A DNA stretch of 64,000 nucleotides from a virus, in the IMG/VR virus record IMGVR_UViG_3300036766_000416, positions 32,001 to 96,000 of that record. One strand, written 5' to 3'. Made by a program: the position numbers and the translations under genes. The notes beneath the pieces are model-generated. The model was given only the letters and a program-made list of their open reading frames with translations. It had not been told where the DNA came from and made no database searches. Position 1 is the first letter of the stretch. Every line of letters starts with the position of its first letter. Below are positions 35,535 through 47,400 of this stretch, piece by piece.

Positions 35535-37460
35535 ATGCCATTTATTTGGAATTCAAATCCTAACCCTCCTCCAGCGAACGTTGCTCCTGAGATTGCTTCA
35601 ACGGAGATTAGCTACAAGGTCCATGTGGTGGCCAATACGGTCAACGCCGGAGGCGAGGTATCCTACAACACCCCCAATGCTGGGTACGACGTCATCTACG
35701 AACTTGATTCGCTGAACGTCAGAACCATGAGGGTACAGAGTGGAATCATTGGTGCAGCAAATATTGGAACGGCATTCATCAACAATGCGACGATCAACCA
35801 GGCCTCCATCAACACCGCGAACATCACCCACGCAACCATCAATGTCGGATTTTTCACTGGAAATGCCACAGCGAATTTCAGCATGGTTTCAAAGCAATAT
35901 GTGGACAATGCGATTGCGAATATCTCTGGTGGTTCGGGACCTGATCTTACAGCTAATATTTTCCAATTAAAGGGTGACTTGCTTGTTGGGTTCGCACCCA
36001 ATACAGCCCATCGATTGGGTGTGGGAGATGATGGGGAAATCTTGAGTGTGCGTGGAAGTAGCAACCTCAAGACTCGGTGGATTTCCTCATCCAGCACTCA
36101 ATCATTTTCTGGATTGCGTATTGGTACCCATTTTCATCCTACATTGAAACACTCACAAGTGTTGTTGAATCATGTTGATGGTATCGTAATGAATGACGGG
36201 GAATACGTCACAGGGTGGGATGGTCTCGTTGCGGATATCACTGTTTCGGGAGCAGGTGGACTAGACTCCAACAGTGCAGAAGCCGCGAATACCTGGTATG
36301 AGGTCTGGGCCATCCGCAACAGTAATAGCGGAGCAAAGAGCCTTCTTCTTCATCGTACTCTTAATAGAGAGATCAACCAAGAATGGGTACCCACTACATT
36401 TGGGGGTGTCGGTGTCACGGCAGTCTTACGAATAGGGGATGCTGCTGGATTCAGTCTTCCTAGCCAGAGATATTGCACGAAAGTTTCGCAAAGTTTTATT
36501 CCTTCTTCATCAAATCCCATTGGAATGATACAACTGGCATCGGGAACCAATGTGACACCAAATGGAAATTTATGGATCAGCATACAAAGTGATAGTAGTG
36601 GAAACGCCAGTGGATCGAGTATCGCTACGTCAGAGAGCATTCTTGTAAACGGGTGGGTTTCAGGTAGACTACAACTCAGTTTCATATTTGACACCACTGT
36701 TTCTTTAACACCAGGAGGTCGATACCATATTGTGATGGAGGGTGACTGGGATTATCTTTTGGGTCTGCAGTCCAACGCAATAATTTTTTGGGGGAATAGC
36801 GCACCCATATCGGGTGGTCAGCAACAATGGATGGCCAACGTGGGGTATAATCCAGGTGGCAATGCAGCCCCATATGGGTTTGGGGATTGTAGGATGTATA
36901 ATGTAGTAACTGACAGATGGTCTGTCTCATCAAATATAGGGGGACCATCTGACCTCTGGTTCAAACTCTACACCAACAATAATGACACCTCTTTGGCTTT
37001 GCCTTCGGGGTACAATCAAAGATGCCTTATTAGTTACGTGAACAACAACGGTTCTAGCAATTTTAAGGAATACCACCAAATGGGCAGAACCATTTATGGT
37101 GGTTATGATGATGATTGGCGAGTTCACACCTTGGATTCTTCGACTGATTTTACACTGATAGCATCGGACGTGTCTAGTGGTGTTCCACCGGTACCCTGTG
37201 CGGTTCAGTTTTTGGGTCGTCAATTTCTGAGTTCCGTTGCCGGTATCAATTTGGGTCTCAGAAATATGTATGGATTGACTGTATCTTCTGTCAATGATAC
37301 CTCTCATGGACCATTAGGGAGCTACACCTTTGGTGGGTTTACGGTCCATACGGTACTCTCTCATACCATGCCCCTCGATGGAATACAAGTTGTAAATTGG
37401 AACGGCGCGCCACCTCCTGGAGCAGGGGACACACTTTACATGGCCAACATCACGTTCTAG
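35535..37460 (+). CDS. Fibre / receptor-binding protein, paralog 4 of 4
   Basis: MPFIWNSNPNPPP; VSKQYVD; KGDLLVG; VSQSF; GYNQRCL. Confidence 0.75.
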   Translation: MPFIWNSNPNPPPANVAPEIASTEISYKVHVVANTVNAGGEVSYNTPNAGYDVIYELDSLNVRTMRVQSGIIGAANIGTAFINNATINQASINTANITHATINVGFFTGNATANFSMVSKQYVDNAIANISGGSGPDLTANIFQLKGDLLVGFAPNTAHRLGVGDDGEILSVRGSSNLKTRWISSSSTQSFSGLRIGTHFHPTLKHSQVLLNHVDGIVMNDGEYVTGWDGLVADITVSGAGGLDSNSAEAANTWYEVWAIRNSNSGAKSLLLHRTLNREINQEWVPTTFGGVGVTAVLRIGDAAGFSLPSQRYCTKVSQSFIPSSSNPIGMIQLASGTNVTPNGNLWISIQSDSSGNASGSSIATSESILVNGWVSGRLQLSFIFDTTVSLTPGGRYHIVMEGDWDYLLGLQSNAIIFWGNSAPISGGQQQWMANVGYNPGGNAAPYGFGDCRMYNVVTDRWSVSSNIGGPSDLWFKLYTNNNDTSLALPSGYNQRCLISYVNNNGSSNFKEYHQMGRTIYGGYDDDWRVHTLDSSTDFTLIASDVSSGVPPVPCAVQFLGRQFLSSVAGINLGLRNMYGLTVSSVNDTSHGPLGSYTFGGFTVHTVLSHTMPLDGIQVVNWNGAPPPGAGDTLYMANITF

Positions 37461-37471
37461 CTTACCGGACG

Positions 37472-37479
37472 CATAAATA
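37472..37479 (+). promoter_or_regulatory. Late promoter CATAAATA
   Basis: Intergenic. The leader carries GAGGT before ATG 37505. Confidence 0.75.
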
Positions 37480-37504
37480 GAGGGAACACTTCAAGAGGTA
37501 ACCA

Positions 37505-37837
37505 ATGGCTGGATATGTCGCAATCAATATTGAGCAGCATGCGAACTTTTCGCGGGTTATTACAGTCAAACAAGCCGATGGGTCAGCCCAAAACCTCACA
37601 GGTTACGCTGCAAACACCCTGATACGCCGATCTTTCTACTCCGAACACTCCAACACCATTACTACGGTTATTACCGATGCCTCCAACGGGCAGATTACCC
37701 TGAGTATGACTGCGGCCAATACAGGGTTATTGAGGGCTGGTCGTTATGTGTTTGACACCACGACGACCACCGGGGGTGGAGTAGTCCAACGTATGATCGA
37801 AGGGGTAGCTGTGGTATCCCCAGGTGTAACCCACTGA
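37505..37837 (+). CDS. Small Ig-like/BppU-like fibre-associated protein
   Basis: INIEQHANF..QNLTGY..GQITLSMTAANT..LRAGRYVFD..RMIEG..VSPGVT. This type commonly precedes fibre genes in T4-like phages. Confidence 0.7.
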   Translation: MAGYVAINIEQHANFSRVITVKQADGSAQNLTGYAANTLIRRSFYSEHSNTITTVITDASNGQITLSMTAANTGLLRAGRYVFDTTTTTGGGVVQRMIEGVAVVSPGVTH

Positions 37838-37838
37838 T

Positions 37839-38428
37839 ATGTTCACGATTTATCAAGTAACTAATACAGTCAATGGAAAGAGGTATGTAGGGTTTACAAG
37901 TCAGAATCCACCACTCAATCGATGGACCGATCATAAGCGCAATGCCAAAAATGGATCAATGACACACCTTCATTGTGCCATCAGGAAATATGGTTTCGAA
38001 TCGTTTCTTTGGAGTGTATTGGAGGAAGGTCTGGAAACTGAAGTTGGGCAAAATGCTAGGGAACCCTATTGGATTTCTGTTATAAACCCTGAATATAATA
38101 AAACGCGAGGTGGAGAAGGGAGAGTGGGTTTTACTCAAGGAGCCGCAGAACGAGAGAAAAGAAGCAAAACAATGAAAATAGTAATGTTAGGTAACAAAAA
38201 CGGAAGAGGTCGCAAAGGGGTTAAAAATAAGGAAGAGCAAAACAGAAAACACTCAGAATTCATGATGGGGAAACACCATCTCCTCAGACCCTTGAAAAAA
38301 GACGAACCTCTATGCTCGGAAAAAACACGGGACCACAAATCAAGGTTACCTGCTTGATTTGTAAAAGGACTGGAGGACTTCCTAATATGATTCGTTATCA
38401 TTTCGGAAATTGTAAGGAAAAGAAATAA
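37839..38428 (+). pseudogene. GIY-YIG homing endonuclease with a 1-nt frameshift near 38280
   Basis: The annotated frame stops at 38357. The shifted frame continues PQTLEKRRTSMLGK..CLICKRTGGLPNMIRYHFGNCKEKK and ends at TAA 38426-38428, overlapping the next ATG. Confidence 0.8.
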
Positions 38429-41400
38429 TGCCACTCGATCCCATAGTTGTCCAGATTAAAGGCGGTCCTACCAAGGTTATCACAGGTCCTGCTGGTGCAG
38501 CTACACGTCTTGTTGAACTCTCAGACGTCGATGCAACACCAGTTGCCAATGGTGACGTGCTCACCTATGTCTCGGCCAACGGAAAATTTGAATTCCATCC
38601 AACAGCCGACAGTTCCAATGCCTTCGGTGTTGTCAACGTCGCGGGGCAGAACAATGTCATTGCCACAACACCTTCCGATACGCTTGAGCTAATCGCTGGA
38701 ACAGGCATCCTGGTTCTCACCGATAACGTCAATAATTCAGTGACCATCGTGGCTACAGGTGGATCGGCGTTTGACCAATATGCGCGTGATGTAGCCAACG
38801 GTGCATACGACCAAGCCAACGCGGCCTACGCAAATGCGAACACGGCGATTTATACCGCGGCGCAAATCCGCGCCAACATCAGTAACACTGCACCAATCAA
38901 CTACAGTGCGACAACAGGGATCATCAGTCACGCGGATTCCGGTGTCACCGCAACAACCTATGGTAACACCACGTATGTTCCCACGGTCACGGTGGATGCC
39001 CGTGGTCATGTGACGTCCATCACCAATACAGCAATCACATTCCCACCAAGTGGCGTCACATCGGTTGCAGGCAAGACTGGAGCAGTTCTCCTAGACACGT
39101 ATGACATTGCGGAGAACACTTCAAGCAACCTCTGGTTCACTGCTGCAAGAGTCCGTTCGAACATTTCCAATACCGCTCCAATCAACTATGAGCCCACGAC
39201 CGGTGTTGTTTCCCATGCGGATTCTGGAGTTGTCGCTTCTGGATATGGTGATGCCGCAACGGTACCTAAGGTTGTCGTAGACTCTAAGGGGCACGCTACC
39301 TCGGTCACCAATACTTCCATTGCTATCTCAGCAGTAGCCATCACGTCAGGAACCTTAGCAGTCGCTAGAGGTGGTACCGGGCAGACAGCAATAACAGTTA
39401 ATGGATCATTGCTAATTGGAAATACCGTCAGTGGTGGATTCGACGTCAACCCGATCACGCAGGGTGCGGGAATTCTGGTCACCAATGACAAGGGTTCAAT
39501 TACAATTACAGCGAACGTCACTTCAGCGACCGATCAATTCGCCCGAGACCAAGCGAATGCTGCATATAATCAAGCGAATAATGCCTATGCGAATGCGAAC
39601 ACGGCCATCTACACAGCGGCTCAGATACGCGCCAACATTTCCAACACAGCACCAATAAACTATGACCCTACAGCAGGTGTAATCAGTCATGCGTTATCTG
39701 GAGTAGCCGCATCAGGATATGGTGACGCTGCCACCGTAGCCAAAGTTGTTGTAGATTCGAATGGTCACGTCACCTCGGTCGTAAATACAGCCATTGCGAT
39801 TTCTGCGGCAGCAATCACCAGCGGCACCCTAGCAGTCGTTCGCGGAGGTACCGGCCAAACCGCCATCACGGTCAATGGATCATTACTTATTGGCAACACG
39901 GTCTCTAGTGGTTTTGACGTCAACCCAATCACCCAAGGTGCCGGAATCCTTATCACCAATGATAAAGGTTCGATCACCATCACTGCAAATGTGACCTCAG
40001 CTACAGATCAATTTGCTCGTGACCAAGCCAACGCTGCATTCAATCAAGCGAATACAGCGAATGTCACCGGACAAGCGGCATTTGATAAAGCGAATGGTGC
40101 CATCTATACGGCCGCACAAATCCGAGCTAACCTGTCCAATACAGCACCAATCAACTATGACGCTACTACTGGTGTCATCAGCCACGCACTATCCGGTGTG
40201 ACCGCTTCTGGATATGGCGATGCGGCCACAGTGGCCAAAGTCGTGGTGGATTCCAATGGTCACGTCACTTCCGTAGTGAATACTGCCATAGCAATCTCCG
40301 CTACGCAAATCACATCAGGAACGCTCGCGGTTGTTCGTGGGGGTACCGCACAGACTGCGATCAATGGCAATGGTTCTCTGCTCATCGGCAATACCGTATC
40401 AGGTGGTTATGATGTCAACACCCTCACTCAAGGCACCGGTATCATCATCACCAACGATAAGGGCTCAATCACGATTGAAGCGACGGGTGGGGCGGCAACC
40501 GATCAGTATGCCCGCGACAAAGCTAACGGGGCCGCACAGAATGCCTTCGTCACGATCAACATTGCTGGACAGTCCGATGTGGTGGCGGATTCCAATGTAG
40601 ACACCCTGATTCTCGTAGCTGGTACAGGCATACTACTCACCACTGATTCACCAAACGACACCATCACCATTACAGCAACGGGTGGATCAGCGACCGACCA
40701 ATTCGCCAGAGACACAGCTAATGGTGCGTTCGCAAAGGCCAATGGGGCCGCACAAAATGCCTTCGTCACACTCAATGTAGCGGGTCAATCGGATATCGTA
40801 GCGGATTCGAATACCGATACCTTGACGATTGTTGGTTCAGGTATCACGATTACGACTGATGCGGGAACCGATACACTGACCATTCAGCACCCGGCATCAG
40901 GTGTTGTGGCCTCTGGATATGGTGACGCTGCGACAGTGCCGAAGTTTGTGGTCGATGCCAATGGTCACGTCACTTCGGTCACGAATACAGCCATCGCTAT
41001 CTCAGCGACACAGATTACTTCTGGTACTCTTACCGTAGCACGGGGGGGTACCGGTCAAACCGCCATTACAGTGAATGGTTCATTGTTGATTGGCAATACC
41101 GTTAGTGGTGGTTTCGACGTGAACCCGATTACCCAGGGCACTAACATTACGGTCACCAATGACAAAGGTTCGATCACCATATCGTCAAGTGATGCCTTCG
41201 CGCAGTCTCAAGCCAATGCGGCCTATGATCGTGCCAATGCCGCCTATGCGAACGCGAATACTGCCATCTACACCGCAGCACAAATCCGTGCCAATTTGTC
41301 TAATACCACACCGATCAATTATGACGCGACGACGGGTGTTATCAGTCATGCGCTCTCTGGAGTCGCGGCAAGTGGTTATGGTGATGCAGCCACAGTGGCG

Positions 41401-44400
41401 AAGGTTGTGGTGGATTCGAATGGTCACGTCACTTCAGTCACCAATACTGCTATAGCAATATCCGCAACACAAATTACTTCAGGCACCTTAGCGGTTGTTC
41501 GTGGGGGTACTGGGCAGACCGCAATCACGGTGAATGGTTCGTTGTTGATTGGAAACACAGTGAGTGGGGGATTCGACGTCAATCCAATCACACAGGGAAC
41601 CAATATCACCGTTACGAACGATAAAGGTTCGATTACCATATCATCTAGCGATGCTTTCGCGCAATCCCAGGCCAATGCCGCTTATGACCGAGCGAATGCC
41701 GCCTATGCCAATGCGAACACCGCTATCTACACTGCGGCTCAAATCAGGGCTAATCTTTCGAACACCGCGCCGATCAATTATGACGCCACCACTGGTGTTA
41801 TTTCCCATGCGGTATCGGGTGTCGCCGCGAGTGGTTATGGTGATGCAGCTACGGTGCCGAAGGTTGTGGTTGATGTAACAGGGCACGTCACTTCCGTAGT
41901 GAATACCGCCATAGCAATCTCTGCTGCTGCAATCACGTCAGGTACTCTAGCGGTCGCTAGAGGAGGTACCGGTCAAACTACCATCACGGTGAATGGATCA
42001 CTCCTCATAGGTAATACAGTCTCCGGTGGCTTTGACGTCAACCCCATTACTCAAGGGACCAATATCACCATCACCAATGATAAGGGTTCGATCACGATTG
42101 CATCGTCAGATGCCTTTGCCCAGTCTCAAGCGAATGCGGCTTTTGATCGTGCCAATGCCGCCTATGCCAATGCCAATACAGCAATTTACACCGCTGCTCA
42201 AATAAGAGCCAATCTTTCCAATACTGCCCCAATCAATTACGATGCCACAACAGGAGTTATCAGTCACGCAATATCAGGTGTAACCGCTTCTGGTTACGGT
42301 GACGCGGCTACAGTAGCCAAGGTTGTTGTTGATACCTTTGGTCATGTCACTTCAGTCACCAATACTGCCATAGCAATCTCTGCTGCTGCAATCACCAGTG
42401 GCACCTTAGCGGTCGCTAGAGGTGGCACAGCACAAACGGCGATCAATGGCAATGGTTCTTTGCTCATCGGCAACACAGTCTCCGGTGGCTACGACGTCAA
42501 CACCTTGACCCAGGGAACTGGTATCGTCATCACCAACGATAAGGGATCGATCACGATTGCCGCAACAGGTGGCTCTGCGACCGATGATTATGCGAGAGCA
42601 CACGCCAATGGTGCGTTTGATAAAGCTAATGGTGCCGCACAGAATGCGTTTATTACACTCAACGTCGCTGGTCAATCCGATATCGTGGCGGATTCGAATG
42701 TAGACACCTTGATTCTTGTGGGTTCTGGTATCACCCTTACGACAGATGCGGGTACCGATACCCTAACCATCCAGCACCCGGCGTCTGGTGTTGTCGCCTC
42801 AGGTTATGGTGACGCATCGACAGTGCCGAAGTTTGTGGTCGATGCCAATGGTCACGTCACTTCGGTCACGAATACAGCCATAGCAATATCCGCAACACAA
42901 ATCACTTCAGGAACACTTGCGGTCGCCCGAGGTGGCACAGGTCAAACCGCAATCACTGTAAATGGTTCTCTCTTAATTGGAAATACTGTGTCCGGTGGTT
43001 TCGACGTCAATCCAATTACTCAAGGAACCAATATCACTGTTACAAACGATAAAGGTTCGATCACGATTTCGTCAAGTGATGCCTTTGCTCAGTCCCAAGC
43101 CAATGCGGCCTTTGATCGTGCGAATGCAGCCTATGCGAATGCCAATACAGCTATCTACACCGCGGCTCAAATAAGGGCCAATCTGTCCAACACAGCACCA
43201 ATAAATTATGACGCAACCACTGGAGTCATCAGCCATGCCTTGTCTGGTGTAACGGCCTCTGGATATGGTGACGCGGACACAGTAGCAAAGGTTGTAGTAG
43301 ACTCCAACGGGCACGTCACTTCAGTAGTGAATACGGCCATAGCAATATCCGCCACACAAATCACATCGGGAACTTTAGCAGTTGCTAGAGGTGGAACGGG
43401 TCAAACCGCGATTACGGTAAATGGCTCCTTGTTGATCGGCAATACCGTTAGTGGTGGTTTTGACGTCAACCCGATTACTCAAGGAACCAACATCACAGTT
43501 ACGAACGACAAGGGTTCAATTGCAATCTCGTCCAGTGATGCCTTTGCCCAGGCTCAAGCCAATGCGGCCTTTGCTCGTGCCAATGCGGCCTATGCCAATG
43601 CGAACACCGCTATCTACACTGCGGCTCAAATCAGGGCTAATCTTTCGAACACCGCGCCGATCAATTATGACGCCACCACTGGAGTTATCAGTCATGCTCT
43701 GTCTGGTGTAACCGCTTCGGGTTATGGTGACGCAGCTACTGTCGCAAAGGTTGTCGTGGATTCGAATGGTCATGTAACTTCAGTAGTGAATACTGCTATA
43801 GCGATTTCTGCAACACAGATTACTTCAGGCACCTTAGCAGTTGTTCGTGGAGGTACTGGACAAACCGCTATAACGGTCAACGGTTCCCTGCTCATCGGCA
43901 ACACGGTCTCTGGTGGATTCGATGTAAACCCGATTACTCAGGGCACCAATATCACGGTCACCAATGACAAGGGTTCGATCACCATATCCTCATCGGATGC
44001 GTTTGCCCAGTCTCAAGCGAACGCTGCGTTCGACAGAGCCAATGCTGCTTACGCGAATGCGAACACCGCGATTTACACCGCTGCCCAGATTCGAGCGAAC
44101 CTTAGTAACACAGCCCCAATCAATTATGATGCCACCACTGGTGTTATTTCCCATGCGTTATCTGGAGTAACGGCGAGTGGTTATGGCGATGCAGCAACGG
44201 TGGCAAAAGTCGTCGTGGACTCAAACGGTCATGTAACTTCAGTAGTGAATACTGCTATAGCAATTTCCGCTACGCAAATCACCAGTGGTACCTTAGCAGT
44301 TGTTCGCGGGGGTACCGCACAAACGGCGATCAACGGCAATGGTTCCTTGTTGATCGGCAATACGGTGTCCGGTGGCTACGACGTCAATACCTTGACCCAG

Positions 44401-47400
44401 GGTTCTGGTATCGTCATCACCAATGATAAGGGATCAATCACCGTCGCAGCCACTGGTGGTGCGGCGATCGACCAATATGCCAGAGACAAGGCGAATGGTG
44501 CTGCACAGAATGCCTTCATCACCCTGAATGTCGCCGGACAGTCGGACATTGTAGCCGACTCCAATGTAGACACACTGATTCTCGTCGGATCGGGTATCAC
44601 CCTCACGACTGATGCAGGCACCGACACATTGACGATTCAGCACCCCGCGTCGGGCGTCACACCATCAGGTTATGGTGATGCGGCCACGGTACCTAAGTTT
44701 GTGGTGGACGCAAATGGGCATGTTACATCCGTCACCAATACAGCCATCGCCATCTCCGCGACACAAATTACTTCAGGAACCTTAGCGGTCGCACGAGGAG
44801 GTACAGGACAAACAGCCATCACGGTCAACGGCTCCTTATTGATTGGAAACACGGTCTCTGGTGGATTTGACGTCAATCCAATCACCCAGGGAACGAATAT
44901 CCTCATCACCAACGACAAAGGCTCAATCACGATTGCTTCTAGCGATGCTTTCGCACAAACTCAAGCGAATGCGGCCTTTGATCGGGCGAATGCGGCCTAC
45001 GCGAATGCGAATACCGCCATCTATACTGCAGCACAAATTCGCGCCAACATCAGCAATACCGCTCCGATTAGGTATGATGCCACAACCGGAATTGTGAGTC
45101 ATGCAGATTCGGGCGTTGTCGCCTCTGGTTACGGTGATGCCGCAACCATTCCCGTCTTTGTCGCCAATGCGACCGGGCACATTTCTTCTGTCACCAATAC
45201 AGCCATCGCCATCTCTGCGACACAAATCACTTCAGGCACCCTTGCGGTCGCTCGTGGAGGTACCGCACAAACCGCCATCAACGGAAACGGTTCACTATTG
45301 ATAGGTAACACCGTCAGCGGCGGCTACGATGTCAATACCCTCACTCAAGGAACCGGAATCGTCATCACCAATGACAAGGGATCAATCAGTATAGCAGCCA
45401 CCGGTGGTGCGAGTGCTAATGGATTTGGGATCATAGAGGTTGCTGGACAAGCTAATGTGGTCGCCGACCAAGCCAATGATACCCTGTTGCTCGTCGGATC
45501 GGGTATCACCCTCACGACTGATGCAGGCACCGACACATTGACGATTCAGCACCCTGCCTCTGGAGTCGTAGCATCTGGGTACGGTGATGCAGCGACAGTA
45601 CCTAAAGTAGTGGTGGATGCGAATGGACATTTAACGTCTGTGGTCAATACTTCCATAGCGATTTCAGCAACACAAATCACCTCAGGAACCTTGGCTGTGG
45701 TGCGTGGTGGTACTGGACAAACAGCAATCACTGTAAACGGTTCCCTGCTCATAGGTAACACAGTGTCGGGTGGGTTCGACGTCAATCCAATCACTCAGGG
45801 CACCAATATCACGGTCACGAATGATAAAGGTTCAATCACCATATCGTCTAGCGACGCTTTCGCCCAATCCCAAGCCAACGCAGCCTTTGATCGCGCCAAT
45901 GCCGCCTATGCTAATGCGAATACGGCGATTTATACCGCAGCACAAATTAGGGCTAACCTTAGCAACACCGCGCCAATAAATTATGATGCGACAACGGGTA
46001 TTGTGTCTCATGCGCTATCCGGCGTGACAGCAAGTGGTTATGGTGACGCCGCCACGGTAGCGAAGGTTGTAGTAGACTCCAACGGGCACGTCACTTCCGT
46101 AGTGAACACTGCGATAGCGATTTCCGCAACACAGATCACTTCAGGTACCCTTGCAGTAGCCAGAGGTGGTACCGGTCAAACAGCGATCACTGTCAATGGT
46201 TCCCTACTGATCGGAAACACAGTTTCGGGTGGATTTGACGTTAATACACTGACTCAGGGTACTGGTATCGTTATCACCAACGACAAGGGATCGATCACCA
46301 TAGAGGCCACTGGTGGTGCGGCGACCGATCAATTCGCAAGGGATACAGCCAATGGTGCCTTCGCAAAGGCCAATGGTGCCGCACAAAATGCGTTTGTTAC
46401 ACTCACCATTGCCGGTCAATCCGATGTGGTCGCCGATTCCAACGTCGATACACTGACCTTGGTGGCTGGTGCGGATGTTGTCTTGACGACTGATGCGGGC
46501 ACCGATACGATCACGTTTGCGACTTCACGTTATGCCAAGAACGCAGTCAACAATGAGATGGCGTTTATTTACTCGGACTATGCGGCTAATGGTGTCTATA
46601 CCTCCTGGTCCACACTTCACGCCGCTTATGTGGCCTCAGGTTCCCCAGTCTGTACGATAGGATTCTGGCAGCAGGCTCCATTCAACCCAGCGTATCTTGA
46701 TATTCCTGCAGGCGCCTGGGCCTTCGAGTTTGGTACACGATGGAAGGGGTTAGGTAGCTACAGCGATGGTACTAGCATCCGTTTCCTTGAGGGCGCTACA
46801 ATATCTGGGGTACAATTCTTTGAAACGATTTATATTCTATCTAATTCTGCTGGTGGTGTTCAGCAAATTGGAAGAACAACCGACGCCAATGGTGCCTTTA
46901 CAATTGTCAATCAACCTATTCTTCATCGCGCAGCTATCCAAGGTGGTAACTCATCACAAACAGTATTCCAGTCGATAGATACTTTAACAGAGATATGGTT
47001 GGGTGAAGAATGTGTTCTCTATGCCAATTGCGTGGGTCTAGGGGCCAATGCAAATACATTCTTTGTGAACTATGCCGGACCTAGGTCGGATATAGCAGCC
47101 AATTCTTTCGTATCCACCAATGCATCTGCCGTTCTCCAATACCGAAGATTTGATGCGAGAACGTCAACAATTAGTGCCACACAAGCATTTTTTGCTGGTA
47201 TCACTCGCACTGAAGATATACCAGAGCAAATAGGTACCACGGCCGCACGTCCTCCGGTGCCATCTAACGGCCACATGTATTATGATTCCACCATAGCGGT
47301 TCCAATCTGGTGGTATAACGGCGCCTGGAGACGCCTAGTGACTGCGAACATCCCAGAATCCACCAGCAACCTATACTTTACAGCGGCCCGTGTTCGCGCC

